A stretch of DNA of 64,000 nt from Candidatus Poribacteria bacterium. Lineage in GTDB: Bacteria > Poribacteria > WGA-4E > WGA-3G. Where the stretch lies: positions 4,864,001 through 4,928,000 of the forward strand of contig OZ251518.1 of assembly GCA_965242965.1 (NCBI GenBank). Direction: 5' to 3'. The notes beneath the pieces were generated by a model. The model searched no databases, was not told the DNA's origin, and was given only the letters and a program-made list of their open reading frames with translations. Shown here piece after piece: positions 10,513 to 20,774 of this stretch. A program made the translations under genes and the position numbers. Positions within the stretch are counted from its first letter, which is position 1. Each line of letters begins with the position of its first letter.

Positions 10513-10608
10513 ACCTTAATTATACACCTTTTCGGCGAGAAATTGCAACCGAACCCAAATTGATTTCAAAGGGTGTGGCGAGAGCGGGGCTCTCGCCTGA
10601 CAGATTCC

Positions 10609-11400
10609 CTACCGCTTCAAATCGCCCCACGTCGTTGCAAGTTTACCGCGCACGGAAACGACGAGCGTCTCGTTGATAATCTGCTGGATATCTGCCGCCG
10701 CAAGCGCATAGTTGGCAAGCATCATCTCATCAAGAAGACCTTGGAAAAAACGCGGGCAACACCCGTTATTTTCACCGCCAAAACGCAAAGCTCTGTCCGG
10801 CATGCTGCGACCGGGGCCCTTCTGTGCGATAGGCTTCCCACTAGGCTCACCGTTGAGATAGAACTGCGCCTCACTCCCATCCCATACCAGCGCGACGTGC
10901 GTCCACGCTTTGGCTTTCACCTTACCGTCAGAAATGTGGTAACCCGGCGCAGTGGTATCGTAGAAATAGTAGGCGAGCTGCCCCGCGCCCGGTTCAATCT
11001 GCAAGTAATAGGTATTTTTGTAGAAGATAGTGAACTTGTTTTCCTGTCCGCCCGCGGGGAGTTCGTCAGGATAAATCCACGCCATCATCGTGATGGCTTC
11101 GTCAATGTCCACCTCATCGGAGTGAGGCACTTCCACAAAAGCGGCTTTGCCGACAGAACCTGCCATCTGCAAGGCGGTTCCAGAGATGCCTTCAGCCCAC
11201 TTGACATCGCCGTTGAGTTCGCCGACTAACGCAGCTGTTGCATCCTGTGTCTCTTTCCCTTTGCCTTCATCGAAGTGCCAGACGTATATCTGTTCCCCTA
11301 ATTGCTTGACGTTGCCTTTTCCACCCGCCGCTAAACCGAACTGGCAGATGGATAAACTCATCACGGAGACGATGAGCATTTGCGTTAGATAGGTTTTCAT
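10609..11400 (-). CDS. Secreted LamG/concanavalin A-like protein with C-terminal KLATTWGDLK motif
   Basis: Signal peptide, WHFDEG, WTHVALVWDG, FQGLLDE; ATG 11400 with AGGAGG. Confidence 0.88.
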   Translation of the reverse strand: MKTYLTQMLIVSVMSLSICQFGLAAGGKGNVKQLGEQIYVWHFDEGKGKETQDATAALVGELNGDVKWAEGISGTALQMAGSVGKAAFVEVPHSDEVDIDEAITMMAWIYPDELPAGGQENKFTIFYKNTYYLQIEPGAGQLAYYFYDTTAPGYHISDGKVKAKAWTHVALVWDGSEAQFYLNGEPSGKPIAQKGPGRSMPDRALRFGGENNGCCPRFFQGLLDEMMLANYALAAADIQQIINETLVVSVRGKLATTWGDLKR

Positions 11401-11462
11401 GCGTGTCCTCCTTTTGAGACGAGAGGGCTCTCCTACAATCGGGACAGGCACTAGGCAGATGG

Positions 11463-11489
11463 GTAGGCGCGGTTTCAAACCGCGCCTAC
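11463..11489. repeat. Near-perfect palindrome GTAGGCGCGGTTTCAAACCGCGCCTAC
   Basis: Recurs at 53824-53850; related hairpin near 30140. Confidence 0.8.
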
Positions 11490-11511
11490 GGAATTCGTGC
11501 TGTTGAGTGCC

Positions 11512-12279
11512 TTACCGTTTCAAATCGCCCCACGTTATCGCCAACTTGCCACCGGGGGATACGGCAAAGTAAACGCCTTTGTCCAAATCTTGATTAATCT
11601 CCTCGGCGGTGAGGGCGCGGTTGTAGATGGCAACTTCGTCAACATAACCAACCATGCCGGGAAGGTTTGTCTGCGCCTTGCCGATACGGAAAACTACCTC
11701 GATGCTGTTAATCTTACCGTTCGGCGGCTTGAATTCGACATCTAACTCGCCATCAATATATTGACGAATCATGTCACCGTCGTAGGTAGAAGCGACGTGA
11801 TGCCATTCCTCTAACGCCGGCTTGATAGTCTGCTTGTTTCGCGAACCTTGCCAGCCACCGATGTTAATCCATGTCTCAATCTGCGGCGCGCCTGTAAATT
11901 CCGCACTCCATTGGAGACAATAGCCGCCGACGTTCGCCGCGCTCCTACGTCCCATCAGATTGGAATCTCCCTGCGATTCTTCAGGGAAAAACCACGCTTG
12001 AATCGTCAGTTCATCGGTGATGTCTAATTCCGGCACCGCCGCTACTTCGACAAATGTTTCAGAATCTTCGAGATAGACGCAACCGCCGATTTTGCCGTCT
12101 TTTGACAAAACCGCGCCTTCAAGGGTGCCCTCAAGGTTATTCCCACTGACATCTTTGACGGTGCCGCCAGCATCGTCGTCAAACGGGAAGTAGAGCATGA
12201 GTGCCTTGTCATCGTTGAGTGCCCACGCGCTGGCAACGCTTAAGGCAACGATGAGGAAAACCGTGATAGCTGATTTCAT
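11512..12279 (-). CDS. Secreted LamG protein with C-terminal KLAITWGDLK motif
   Basis: Signal peptide, YFPFD, WHHVASTYDG, GYVDEVAIYNRAL. Confidence 0.88.
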   Translation of the reverse strand: MKSAITVFLIVALSVASAWALNDDKALMLYFPFDDDAGGTVKDVSGNNLEGTLEGAVLSKDGKIGGCVYLEDSETFVEVAAVPELDITDELTIQAWFFPEESQGDSNLMGRRSAANVGGYCLQWSAEFTGAPQIETWINIGGWQGSRNKQTIKPALEEWHHVASTYDGDMIRQYIDGELDVEFKPPNGKINSIEVVFRIGKAQTNLPGMVGYVDEVAIYNRALTAEEINQDLDKGVYFAVSPGGKLAITWGDLKR

Positions 12280-12299
12280 GATGTGTCCTCTTAGTTGAG

Positions 12300-12650
12300 C
12301 ATGGCGGGGGACAGGCCCCCGCCCTACGTTCATCGGGATGTTTGCGATGGCGGAGGACAAGTCCCCGCGCGCCGTTCATCGGGATGTTTGCGATGGCGGA
12401 GGACAAGTCCCCGCGCGCCATTCATCGGGATGTTTGTGATGGCGGGGGAACAGGCCCCGCGCGCCATTCATCGGGATGTTTGCGATGGCGGAGGACAAAC
12501 CCCCGCGTGCCGTTCATCGAGATGTTTGTGATGGCGGAGGACAAACCCCCGCGCGCCGTTCATCGGGATGTTTGCGATGGCGGAGGACAAACCCCCGCGC
12601 GCCATTCATCGGGATTTTTGCGAGAGCGGGGGAACAGGCCCCCGCGCTAC
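12300..12650 (-). repeat. Tandem array of degenerate REP units, 46-bp period
   Basis: CATCGGGATG-like units at 12331, 12377, 12423, 12469, 12515, 12561, 12607. Confidence 0.9.
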
Positions 12651-14285
12651 CTAAAATGTGGAAATCTGGATTTCCTTCGCCGTGATAAACTCCAACAACG
12701 CCGGAACACCCTCCTGCGTTTTTTGGATACCACGCTGGAGTGCAGGCACAATCTCATCTGGGGTTTCAACGCGCTCGCCGTAACCACCGAACGCCTTCGC
12801 CATGTCCGCATAGTTGCCGGAGATATCGGTGCTGCGATACTTTTCGGTAGACACCGGCATAATCGGAATCTCAATAGCCATCGAAAAATTGTTGAAAAGC
12901 ACGGACAAAATCGGGATGCGCTCCCGCACTGCTGTCTCGAAATCCATGCCTGTAAAACCGATGGCGGCATCTCCCCAAACGTTGATACAGAGTTTGTCTG
13001 GCTTGGCGAGTTTCGCACCCATCGCCAAACCGAGGCCGTAACCGAGCTGCGTCGTCTTACCCCAACCGATGTATGAGAGCGGCGCAACAGACTGCCAGAA
13101 CGGTGACAGCTGATCTCGGGGGCTCCCCGCATCGTGCGTGATAATCGTGTTTGCGACATCCACGGTATGCAGCATGTCCCAGATGACGCGATACGGTGTC
13201 ATCGGCACAGCATCGGAGGTGAGTTTCGGCATCCACTGCTCCAACCATTCCGCCTTAATCGCCTTAATATCTTCGGTTACCGCCGCCGTGCGGCTTTCCG
13301 ACGCGCCACCGGAACGTTCGCGAACGGCTCCTACCAATCCCTCTAAAATTAAACCTGCATCGCCGATGAGGGGAATTTCAACCGGGACATCTTTGTTAAT
13401 ATCCGCCGGATCCAACGTCGCATGAATGACGCGTTTCCCATCCGGAATCCTGACTCCGAAGCCGGTCCGGGTAAAACTACAGCCGATACCCAAAATCAGG
13501 TCACTCTTTTGGAGGTAGTCATGCACCGGTTTTGGAATAGCACGTCCGCCAGAACCGAGTGCCAACGGATGCTCTTCCGGAAAAGCACTTTTTCCACCGA
13601 GGCTTGTTGTTACCGGCGCGGCGAGGAGTTCCGCCAATTCCTTCAGCGAGTTCCATGCCTGCGCGTAATGGACACCTTGCCCGGCATAGATGATAGGACA
13701 CTCTGCTGCCAATAGGGCATCTGCTGCCGCGGCAATAGATGCACTGTCGGGGCCGTAGCGTGTAGTTGGCACTGGCGTTGGAGCGAATGAGTCAGGGATT
13801 TCCTCACCTAACAAGTCTGATGGGAATTCAACGAGTGCTGGCCGCGGCCTGCCGTTTCGTGCTTGTGTGAAGGCGCGCCGCAATGCCTCCGGCACCGCCT
13901 CCGGCACCGTCACCTGCTCACAAGATTTCGTGACGTGCCGGTAGTTCAAGGCGGAATTGAAGTTCGGTTGAATCTGTGTCAATCCCCGCGAATAGCCCAT
14001 CGGTAGCACGACAATCGGTGCGGAGTCGCCGTATGCCTGCGCGACACCGCCGAACGCGTTTTCGGAGCCGGGGCCGCTCTGCATGCAGAACACCCCGATC
14101 TGCTGTCCGGAAGTCATTCGGCTCATCGCGTCCGCCATGTGCAGGCCGATGCGTTCCTGTCGGACGATGATGGGACGGATGTCAAGTTTCGCCGCCGCCT
14201 CAATTATCGGATTCACGGGATAGGCGAAGAGATACTCTACACCCTCCGCTTTCAGGACTTTCGCAACCGCATCAACAACTTTCAT
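12651..14285 (-). CDS. Thiamine pyrophosphate-dependent enzyme (acetolactate synthase-like)
   Basis: VRQER, QSGPG, TPP motif WGDAAIG...FNN. Confidence 0.88.
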   Translation of the reverse strand: MKVVDAVAKVLKAEGVEYLFAYPVNPIIEAAAKLDIRPIIVRQERIGLHMADAMSRMTSGQQIGVFCMQSGPGSENAFGGVAQAYGDSAPIVVLPMGYSRGLTQIQPNFNSALNYRHVTKSCEQVTVPEAVPEALRRAFTQARNGRPRPALVEFPSDLLGEEIPDSFAPTPVPTTRYGPDSASIAAAADALLAAECPIIYAGQGVHYAQAWNSLKELAELLAAPVTTSLGGKSAFPEEHPLALGSGGRAIPKPVHDYLQKSDLILGIGCSFTRTGFGVRIPDGKRVIHATLDPADINKDVPVEIPLIGDAGLILEGLVGAVRERSGGASESRTAAVTEDIKAIKAEWLEQWMPKLTSDAVPMTPYRVIWDMLHTVDVANTIITHDAGSPRDQLSPFWQSVAPLSYIGWGKTTQLGYGLGLAMGAKLAKPDKLCINVWGDAAIGFTGMDFETAVRERIPILSVLFNNFSMAIEIPIMPVSTEKYRSTDISGNYADMAKAFGGYGERVETPDEIVPALQRGIQKTQEGVPALLEFITAKEIQISTF

Positions 14286-14306
14286 GTGTTTCTCCTTCTT
14301 TTTTTC

Positions 14307-14530
14307 GTAACGCGAGGGCCTGTCCCCCGCGGAGTGCAGTCATGCTTTTTTACCGTAGCGCGAGGGCCTGTCCCTCGCGATCGCTCGCTCACCGTCGCGC
14401 GAGGGCCTGTCCCTCGCGATTGCTCACTCACCGTAGCGCGAGGGCCTGTCCCTCGCGATCGCTCGCTCACCGTCGCGCGAGGGCCTGTCCCTCGCGTGCT
14501 TTCCGGTAGGCGAGCCCTCCCGGTCTCGTA
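14307..14530 (+). repeat. REP tandem array (GCGAGGG/CCCTCGC variant)
   Basis: Five GCGAGGGCCTGTCCC units, the last four at a ~39-bp period. Confidence 0.9.
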
Positions 14531-14548
14531 TACGCGGGCCTATCCCTA

Positions 14549-15355
14549 TTACGGACTAATCGGCTCACCCGCATCCATGACGATTGGAAAATGATCTCCC
14601 GCCAATTTATCGCCGTTATTGACGGTGACAAAGGGTTTCATGACGTGATTGCCACTTTCATCGTAAAGGGTATCACTTGTCATGTAATGCACGGCGATGG
14701 CGCGCCGCGGACTCCCGCTCGTATTGTCGTGAGAACCGTGCCACGTCAACGCATGATGGTAATGGACATGTCCCTTCGGTACCGGGCAGAGTGCCACTTC
14801 CAACGCATGCTCCTCAAAACGTTCCGGCATCGAGTCAATGTCCTTAACGCCGTGCAAAAACGGAATCTGGTTTCCCCAGTGGTAGGAGCCGGGCACCATG
14901 CGCATGCACCCGTTGCTTTCATCGACATCGTCCAGCGCGACCCAGGCGGTAACCTGACTCGTTTTCGGCGTGAGGATGGGCCAATACGGCGAGTCCTGAT
15001 GCCACATGTTAACGCCGCCGACTTCCGGCGGTTTATATTGCACCTGGTCATGCCAGACGCGCAGTTCCGTCGCCGCTGTCAATTGCCCGATTTCCTCAAC
15101 GATGCGCGGGTTGTAAATAAGCCGATGGTAGGCGGGGCTCGCCTCCCAAATGTTGACGATTTGCCAGACGGGGCTCTCTGCCTTCCCGCCGAGGTTCGCG
15201 ATGCGGACAGGCTGCGGGATATCCGTCTTTTCGTAATCATCAATCACGCGCGCCAATTCGCCGCGCAATTCATCGATCTGCTCGTCAGTTAACACGCGAT
15301 TTCCGAGTAGGAAACCTTTCTTTTGGAATGCTGCCACTTGTGCTTGGCTGAGCAT
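14549..15355 (-). CDS. Phytanoyl-CoA dioxygenase (PhyH) family protein
   Basis: WHQD, TAWVALDD, NGCM, WHGS...RRA. Confidence 0.9.
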   Translation of the reverse strand: MLSQAQVAAFQKKGFLLGNRVLTDEQIDELRGELARVIDDYEKTDIPQPVRIANLGGKAESPVWQIVNIWEASPAYHRLIYNPRIVEEIGQLTAATELRVWHDQVQYKPPEVGGVNMWHQDSPYWPILTPKTSQVTAWVALDDVDESNGCMRMVPGSYHWGNQIPFLHGVKDIDSMPERFEEHALEVALCPVPKGHVHYHHALTWHGSHDNTSGSPRRAIAVHYMTSDTLYDESGNHVMKPFVTVNNGDKLAGDHFPIVMDAGEPISP

Positions 15356-15412
15356 ATTCTCCTCCTATTTTGTCCCGAGTCGCTGTTTGAAACCGCGACT
15401 CGGGGGTTGATA

Positions 15413-16450
15413 TTACCCCACTATCCGATTTCTGAGTGCAATCCATTCTTCATCGGAGAGTTTCGGGGGCCAGGCGATGCGTTCGCCGATGAGTGCCGAA
15501 CGATACGCCGCCATAATCAGGTCGAATCCGAGCATCGCGCTTTCTAGCCTGTTGCGGTGCGGCTGAGTGTCGTCATCAAGCCATGTGGCGATGGCTTGCG
15601 TAAACGCCTTCTGTCCGAATTTGTCGTCTTCGCCGAAGTGCGTCATCTCAACGAACGGCTGCGCCATGCCGTTGAGATGATAGCCCCACGAACCGTTCTC
15701 TCGCCACCACATCCGGCCGTTTGTTCCCCAGAAATCGAGGTTGCATCTCGGGTTACTGCCCGGAAAATCGACGGTGCCGAACGCTTTGCGCGCTGATTCA
15801 AAAAAGACGCGCGTGCCGTTTTCAAAAGTATAGATAGCGTTCAGATTCTCCGGGCAATTCCGATTGGGGATGTGGTAGGTATCCGCTCCCTCAACGCTTC
15901 CCCACACGTGCGTAATCGGAATGTCTTGCAGGGCGAAAAGCACGACATCCATCAAGTGCGTATCCATATCGGTAATGTCGCCTTCGGTGCATGCACGGAT
16001 AAAGTGCATGTCGCCGAGGCTGTCTTCGGCAAAGAATTCCAGCAGTTTTTCGGCGAAAGGTAGATACCGACGTTGATGATTGACGATAATTTTCAACCCC
16101 GTTTTCTCGTGTGCAGCGGCGAGGGCGGCCGCTTCCTTTGGCCGTAGCGCGAGCGGTTTTTCAATCACTAACGCCTTGACACCGGCTGCAGCAGCGGGTT
16201 CCACCCAGATATGCCGCGGCACCGTCGGTTCAGTCACGGCGTGGACAATGTCGGGCTGTTCCGCTTGCAGCATCTCAGTGTAGTCGGTATATCCGTTGAC
16301 GTTCAACTCAGCGGCAGCCGTTTTCAGCCGTTCTTCGTCAATTTCGCAGATACCGGTCACTTTCATATTGTCAATGCCGGCGTAGCATCGTGCGTGGTGG
16401 ACACCGCGTCTGCCGCCAACAATTGCTGTCCGATATGTGGTGGTTTCCAT
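15413..16450 (-). CDS. Gfo/Idh/MocA family oxidoreductase
   Basis: IEKP, VNHQRR; ATG 16450 with GGAGG. Confidence 0.85.
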   Translation of the reverse strand: METTTYRTAIVGGRRGVHHARCYAGIDNMKVTGICEIDEERLKTAAAELNVNGYTDYTEMLQAEQPDIVHAVTEPTVPRHIWVEPAAAAGVKALVIEKPLALRPKEAAALAAAHEKTGLKIIVNHQRRYLPFAEKLLEFFAEDSLGDMHFIRACTEGDITDMDTHLMDVVLFALQDIPITHVWGSVEGADTYHIPNRNCPENLNAIYTFENGTRVFFESARKAFGTVDFPGSNPRCNLDFWGTNGRMWWRENGSWGYHLNGMAQPFVEMTHFGEDDKFGQKAFTQAIATWLDDDTQPHRNRLESAMLGFDLIMAAYRSALIGERIAWPPKLSDEEWIALRNRIVG

Positions 16451-16556
16451 AACGCGCCTCCTCTCCTGATCAGGATATTTACAAATTATAGCACGTTTCT
16501 GATTTTGTGTCAAGTGGTTATTTTTTTGTTCTCCGATGCATCTTATTCGCTAGAAA

Positions 16557-17070
16557 TGAGCAGGATTTACAAGATTACGCAAGATTAGCAAGATTAGCAA
16601 TCTGATAGACAGGCCGGTGGCGGCATATCCAAGCGTGCTAGGACTATCAAAAAACTAATCCTGAAAATCTTGAAAAATCGTGATAATCCTGCTCGGATTT
16701 ACACGATTCGCAAGATTAGAGTTTTTGTTTACCGTAGGGCGAGGGCCTGTCCCTCGCCATGTGACGATGATAAGGGAGGTTTCTGGCTCACCGAACGATC
16801 GCGGGGGACAGGCCCCCGCGCTACGGTGGCCGCAGCGTTTCTCGGCTAGCCAAACCGCGCCGCCGGAACGTAGGGCGAGGGCCTGTCCCTCGCCATGTGA
16901 CGATGATAAGGGAGGTTTCTGGCTCACCGAACGATCGCGGGGGACAGGCCCCCGCGCTACGGTGAAAGCAGCGTTTCTCGTTAGGGACAGGCCCCCGCGC
17001 TACGGTGGCCGCAGCGGTTTTCGTTAGGGACAGGCCCCCGCGCTACGGTGAAAGCAGCGTTTCTCGTTTC
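16557..17070. repeat. GAGCAGGATTTACAAGATT-type inverted element followed by paired REP (REPIN-like) units
   Basis: Short tandem arms in inverted orientation at 16557-16695; REP doublets at 16733-17048. Confidence 0.85.
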
Positions 17071-17131
17071 ACACATTATTCTTGCAAAATTCGCGCGCTT
17101 GTGATAGAATTCGCGGAAAAGGAGGGCGACT

Positions 17132-18259
17132 ATGAAAATTGATAAAATCGAATCGTTTTTGATGGGAAACGGGTATGTGCTCCGCATCCACACAGATACC
17201 GGCATCAGCGGTGTCGGGCAAACAGCATGCTGGGGCTACCCAGAAGCAGTTGAAAAAATCGTCAACACCTTTGAGAAATATCTCATCGGACAGAACCCGA
17301 TGCGGATTGAACACCACTGGCAATATCTCTATCGGATGGGGCCGTTTCGGGGCACCGCACTGAGCGGTGCTATTAGCGCAGTGGACATCGCATTATGGGA
17401 TATCAAGGGCAAACATTTCGGCGTGCCGATCTGGGAATTGCTAGGCGGTAACTGCCGAGATAAAATTCGGCTGCACCTGCTCGGCGGCGGAAATACGCCT
17501 GAGACGATGTTTGATGCCGCAAAAGCAGCCGTTGAAGAAGGATTCACCGCGCTGAAGTTCGACCCGCTCGTCGGCGGTTTTCAGGATATGGCCGTGGACA
17601 GACTCGTCAAAACCGCTCGCGACTTAGTTGCCGCGGCGCGCGAAGGCGGCGGACCAGATCTGGATCTCATCGTTGAGGTGCATCGCAAACTTACACCGAT
17701 GAACAGCATCGTGTTAGAATCGGCGTTGGCACCGTTTAACCTCTATTTCGTCGAAGACCCGATTCAGATCGACACGATTAAGACGCAGGCGGAACTAGCG
17801 AAACGGATGACGAGCCCTGTCGGCAACGGCGAACGGTTTACAACTATCTGGGAATTCCGGGAACTGCTGGAAGCCGGCGGACCGCAGTATGTCCGGCCCG
17901 ATCTCGGACTCGCGGGTGGTATAACGCATTGCAAGAAGATTGCGGCGATTGCGGAAGCGTATCACAGCGCGGTAGTTACGCATAACTTCCTCGGCCCGCT
18001 CATCACGGCGGCATCGTTGCACTTGGATGCCAGCATCCCGAATTTCATCACGCAGGAATACACGAAGGCGGACGAATCTTCGGACTTCGCTGTCTTCAAA
18101 GTGGCGTATCAGCGCGAGGGCGGCTATATCCCCATTCCAGTGGCACCGGGTTTGGGCATCGAATTGGATGACAGTCTGATCGCGGAGACTCCCTATCGCC
18201 CGATGAACACCGGCACAACGCCGTTGCGGGAAGACGGTTCGGTTGCCTATGCGGTGTAG
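17132..18259 (+). CDS. Mandelate racemase/galactonate dehydratase-like enolase superfamily enzyme
   Basis: SAVDIALWDIKGK, KFD, EVH, EDP, GER, HN, PGLG. Confidence 0.88.
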   Translation: MKIDKIESFLMGNGYVLRIHTDTGISGVGQTACWGYPEAVEKIVNTFEKYLIGQNPMRIEHHWQYLYRMGPFRGTALSGAISAVDIALWDIKGKHFGVPIWELLGGNCRDKIRLHLLGGGNTPETMFDAAKAAVEEGFTALKFDPLVGGFQDMAVDRLVKTARDLVAAAREGGGPDLDLIVEVHRKLTPMNSIVLESALAPFNLYFVEDPIQIDTIKTQAELAKRMTSPVGNGERFTTIWEFRELLEAGGPQYVRPDLGLAGGITHCKKIAAIAEAYHSAVVTHNFLGPLITAASLHLDASIPNFITQEYTKADESSDFAVFKVAYQREGGYIPIPVAPGLGIELDDSLIAETPYRPMNTGTTPLREDGSVAYAV

Positions 18260-18271
18260 CGCAAGATTTCA

Positions 18272-18478
18272 CCGTAGCGCAGGGGCCTGTCCCCTGCGAA
18301 CATCCGGTATATCAAGGAACGCTCCCGCACCGTAGCGCAGGGGCCTGTCCCCTGCGAACGCATCGAGACCAGGAGGGCTCTCCTACCACCGTAGCGCAGG
18401 GGCCTGTCCCCTGCGAGTGCATCGAGACCAGGAGGGCTCTCCTACCACCGTAGCGCAGGGGCCTGTCCCCTGCGAGTG
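18272..18478 (+). repeat. REP array (GCAGGGG/CCCCTGC variant)
   Basis: Four GTAGCGCAGGGGCCTGTCCCCTGCG, two followed by GAGACCAGGAGGGCTCTCCTAC. Confidence 0.9.
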
Positions 18479-18503
18479 TCCAAACCCACAAGGAGAACCA
18501 AAA

Positions 18504-19304
18504 ATGAACGCCGACGAAAAATATCTCTTTGACTTGAACGGCTATCTTGTGATTGAAAATGTGCTAACACCCGAAGAGGTGGCACTCGCGAACGAAGCAA
18601 TCGATAAGCACAGCCACCTCGCACGCATCCGTCCTCCCGATCAGACGCTTGATGGAGGTTCACCGGAGTTGCGTGGCACAGAAGGACGCGGCGAATTAGG
18701 CGGCATGCTCGGCTGGGAAGAACCGTGGTGCAATCCGTTCCGGCACATGCTGGCGCATCCGACGTTGGTGCCCTATCTCAACGTGATTTTAGGGCAGGGT
18801 TTCCGCATGGATCATCAGATGTTTCTGATTTCGATGGACAAAGGCGCGGAAGGCTTCATTTTCCACGGTTCATCGGGACCCGGCTTCGATCCGAATCAGT
18901 ATTACATCTTTCGAGATGGACAGATGCACAACGGGTTGACCGTGGTGACGTTTCAGTTAACCGATGTGCCGCCGGGGACAGGTGGCCTCATCGTTATCCC
19001 TGGCAGTCACAAGAGCAACTACCCTTGTCCGCGGGAAATGCGTCTTTATCAGAAGCACCAGGAGCATATCCGGCAGATTGTCTGCAACGCGGGCGATGTC
19101 GTGATTTTCACGGAAGCGGTGACACACGGGACGCTGCCGTGGACGGCAGAGCATCCGCGTCGCTCCATTTTGACGCGCTACACCGCCGGTAACATGGCGT
19201 ATGTGCCGGCGTATCCGGTACCGGAATGGGCGAATGAACGGCAGCGGGCAGTCATGGAGCCGCCATATCATTCCCGTTTGAATCGTCCATTTTTGGAGGA
19301 ATAA
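18504..19304 (+). CDS. PhyH family dioxygenase
   Basis: FDLNGYL, IPGSHKSN, THGTLPW...RR; ATG 18504 after AGGAG. Confidence 0.85.
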   Translation: MNADEKYLFDLNGYLVIENVLTPEEVALANEAIDKHSHLARIRPPDQTLDGGSPELRGTEGRGELGGMLGWEEPWCNPFRHMLAHPTLVPYLNVILGQGFRMDHQMFLISMDKGAEGFIFHGSSGPGFDPNQYYIFRDGQMHNGLTVVTFQLTDVPPGTGGLIVIPGSHKSNYPCPREMRLYQKHQEHIRQIVCNAGDVVIFTEAVTHGTLPWTAEHPRRSILTRYTAGNMAYVPAYPVPEWANERQRAVMEPPYHSRLNRPFLEE

Positions 19305-19345
19305 TACCGCTCAAATGCAGGGAAATTAGCGAAGGAGAACCCGAT

Positions 19346-20392
19346 ATGTCTACTTCACTCAGCGCGCTCTTAGGGCTCATTTTTCTGGGGCTTGCCAACG
19401 CATCCGTTTTTTTGATGTTCAAGTTGTGGGGTTATCCGTTTGACAAGGCGACGCGCACCAGCGAGGCACCGCCATCGCTGATGCGCCTGCACCGGGTTAT
19501 CGGCTATGCGTATGCGATTCTCTACGTTTTTATGATGTGGCACATGGTGCCGCGCCTGTGGAATTACCAGGTCGAATTGCCGCCGCGCACCGTCGCGCAT
19601 CTGATGCTCGGCATTACTATCGGCGTGCTGATCCTCGTCAAAATTGCCATTTTGCGGTTCTTCCGACATTTTGAGGAATCGATGCCGTATCTCGGCACAG
19701 CACTGCTACTCTGCACATATCTGCTAATCGGGTTATCGGTGCCGTTTACTTTCCGGGAAGCCGCGCTTCGGACGCAAACGGGTGCGTTTAGTGAGGCGGG
19801 CATCGCGCGCACGCGTCAGCTGCTTGAAACCGCGGGGTTACCACCGGAAGCACCGCTTAACGAGCTCGCTTCAAAGCGGAAGTTGCGGGAAGGGCAAAGG
19901 GTGCTACAAACCAAGTGTGTTATCTGCCATGATCTGCGCACGATTCTCGCCAAGCCGCGCACGCCGCCGGATTGGACGCGCCTCGTCAACCGCATGGCGA
20001 TGAAGCCTGTCATCGGGGAGCCGATTCATCTCGAAGAGGAGTGGACTGTCTCCGCCTATCTCATCGCGATTACGCCGGACATCCAGACCTCGGTGAAGCA
20101 ACAGCGGCAAGAACAGATGCAGGCTGATGAAGCGAAGGCAGCGGCGCAAACCGCCGCGCTCGTGATGGCAACTGAGGATACGGATACCTACGATGCCGCC
20201 GAGGCGAAAGTGTTGTTTGAGGACAAGTGTTCGCAGTGTCATCCGATTACCGATGTTGAGGATTACCCGCCGCGATCTGAAGAGGAGACGACGGAGGTAA
20301 TTACGCGGATGATAGAGCATGGGCTCTATTTAGAAGAGGCGGAAATTGAGCAGATCGCGCGGTATATTAATGAGAATTATTTGGCGGAATAA
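19346..20392 (+). CDS. Membrane protein with two c-type heme motifs
   Basis: Four N-terminal hydrophobic helices; CVICH and CSQCH. Confidence 0.8.
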   Translation: MSTSLSALLGLIFLGLANASVFLMFKLWGYPFDKATRTSEAPPSLMRLHRVIGYAYAILYVFMMWHMVPRLWNYQVELPPRTVAHLMLGITIGVLILVKIAILRFFRHFEESMPYLGTALLLCTYLLIGLSVPFTFREAALRTQTGAFSEAGIARTRQLLETAGLPPEAPLNELASKRKLREGQRVLQTKCVICHDLRTILAKPRTPPDWTRLVNRMAMKPVIGEPIHLEEEWTVSAYLIAITPDIQTSVKQQRQEQMQADEAKAAAQTAALVMATEDTDTYDAAEAKVLFEDKCSQCHPITDVEDYPPRSEEETTEVITRMIEHGLYLEEAEIEQIARYINENYLAE

Positions 20393-20429
20393 TTCGTTTT
20401 GCGTTATCGTAGAATAATTTGTTTTGTAT

Positions 20430-20765
20430 TACCGTAGGGCGAGGGCCTGTCCCTCGCCATGCTGCGGTAATCGAGCGATCGCGGGGGACAGGCCCCCGCG
20501 CTACGGTAGCCTGAGCGGCCCGTTTTATCGTAGGGCGAGGGCCTGTCCCTCGCCATGCAACGATCGCGGGGGACAGGCCCCCGCGCTACGGTATCCAAAA
20601 CCGCCCCTTCTGTAGGTCAAGAGCGCCTGCTCTTGACCCGATGGCGATCAGGCGATCGCAAACTACAGAGGGGAAGCGCGCCATGCAACGATCGCGAGGG
20701 ACAGGCCCTCGCGCTACGGGCCAGGAAGAAAAAAAGCGCGGGGGACAGGCCCCCGCGCTACGGTG
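20430..20765. repeat. REP/REPIN cluster between convergent genes
   Basis: Inverted GTAG-REP pairs plus a GTAGGTCAAGAGC-type palindrome. Confidence 0.9.
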
Positions 20766-20774
20766 ACATTGCGT

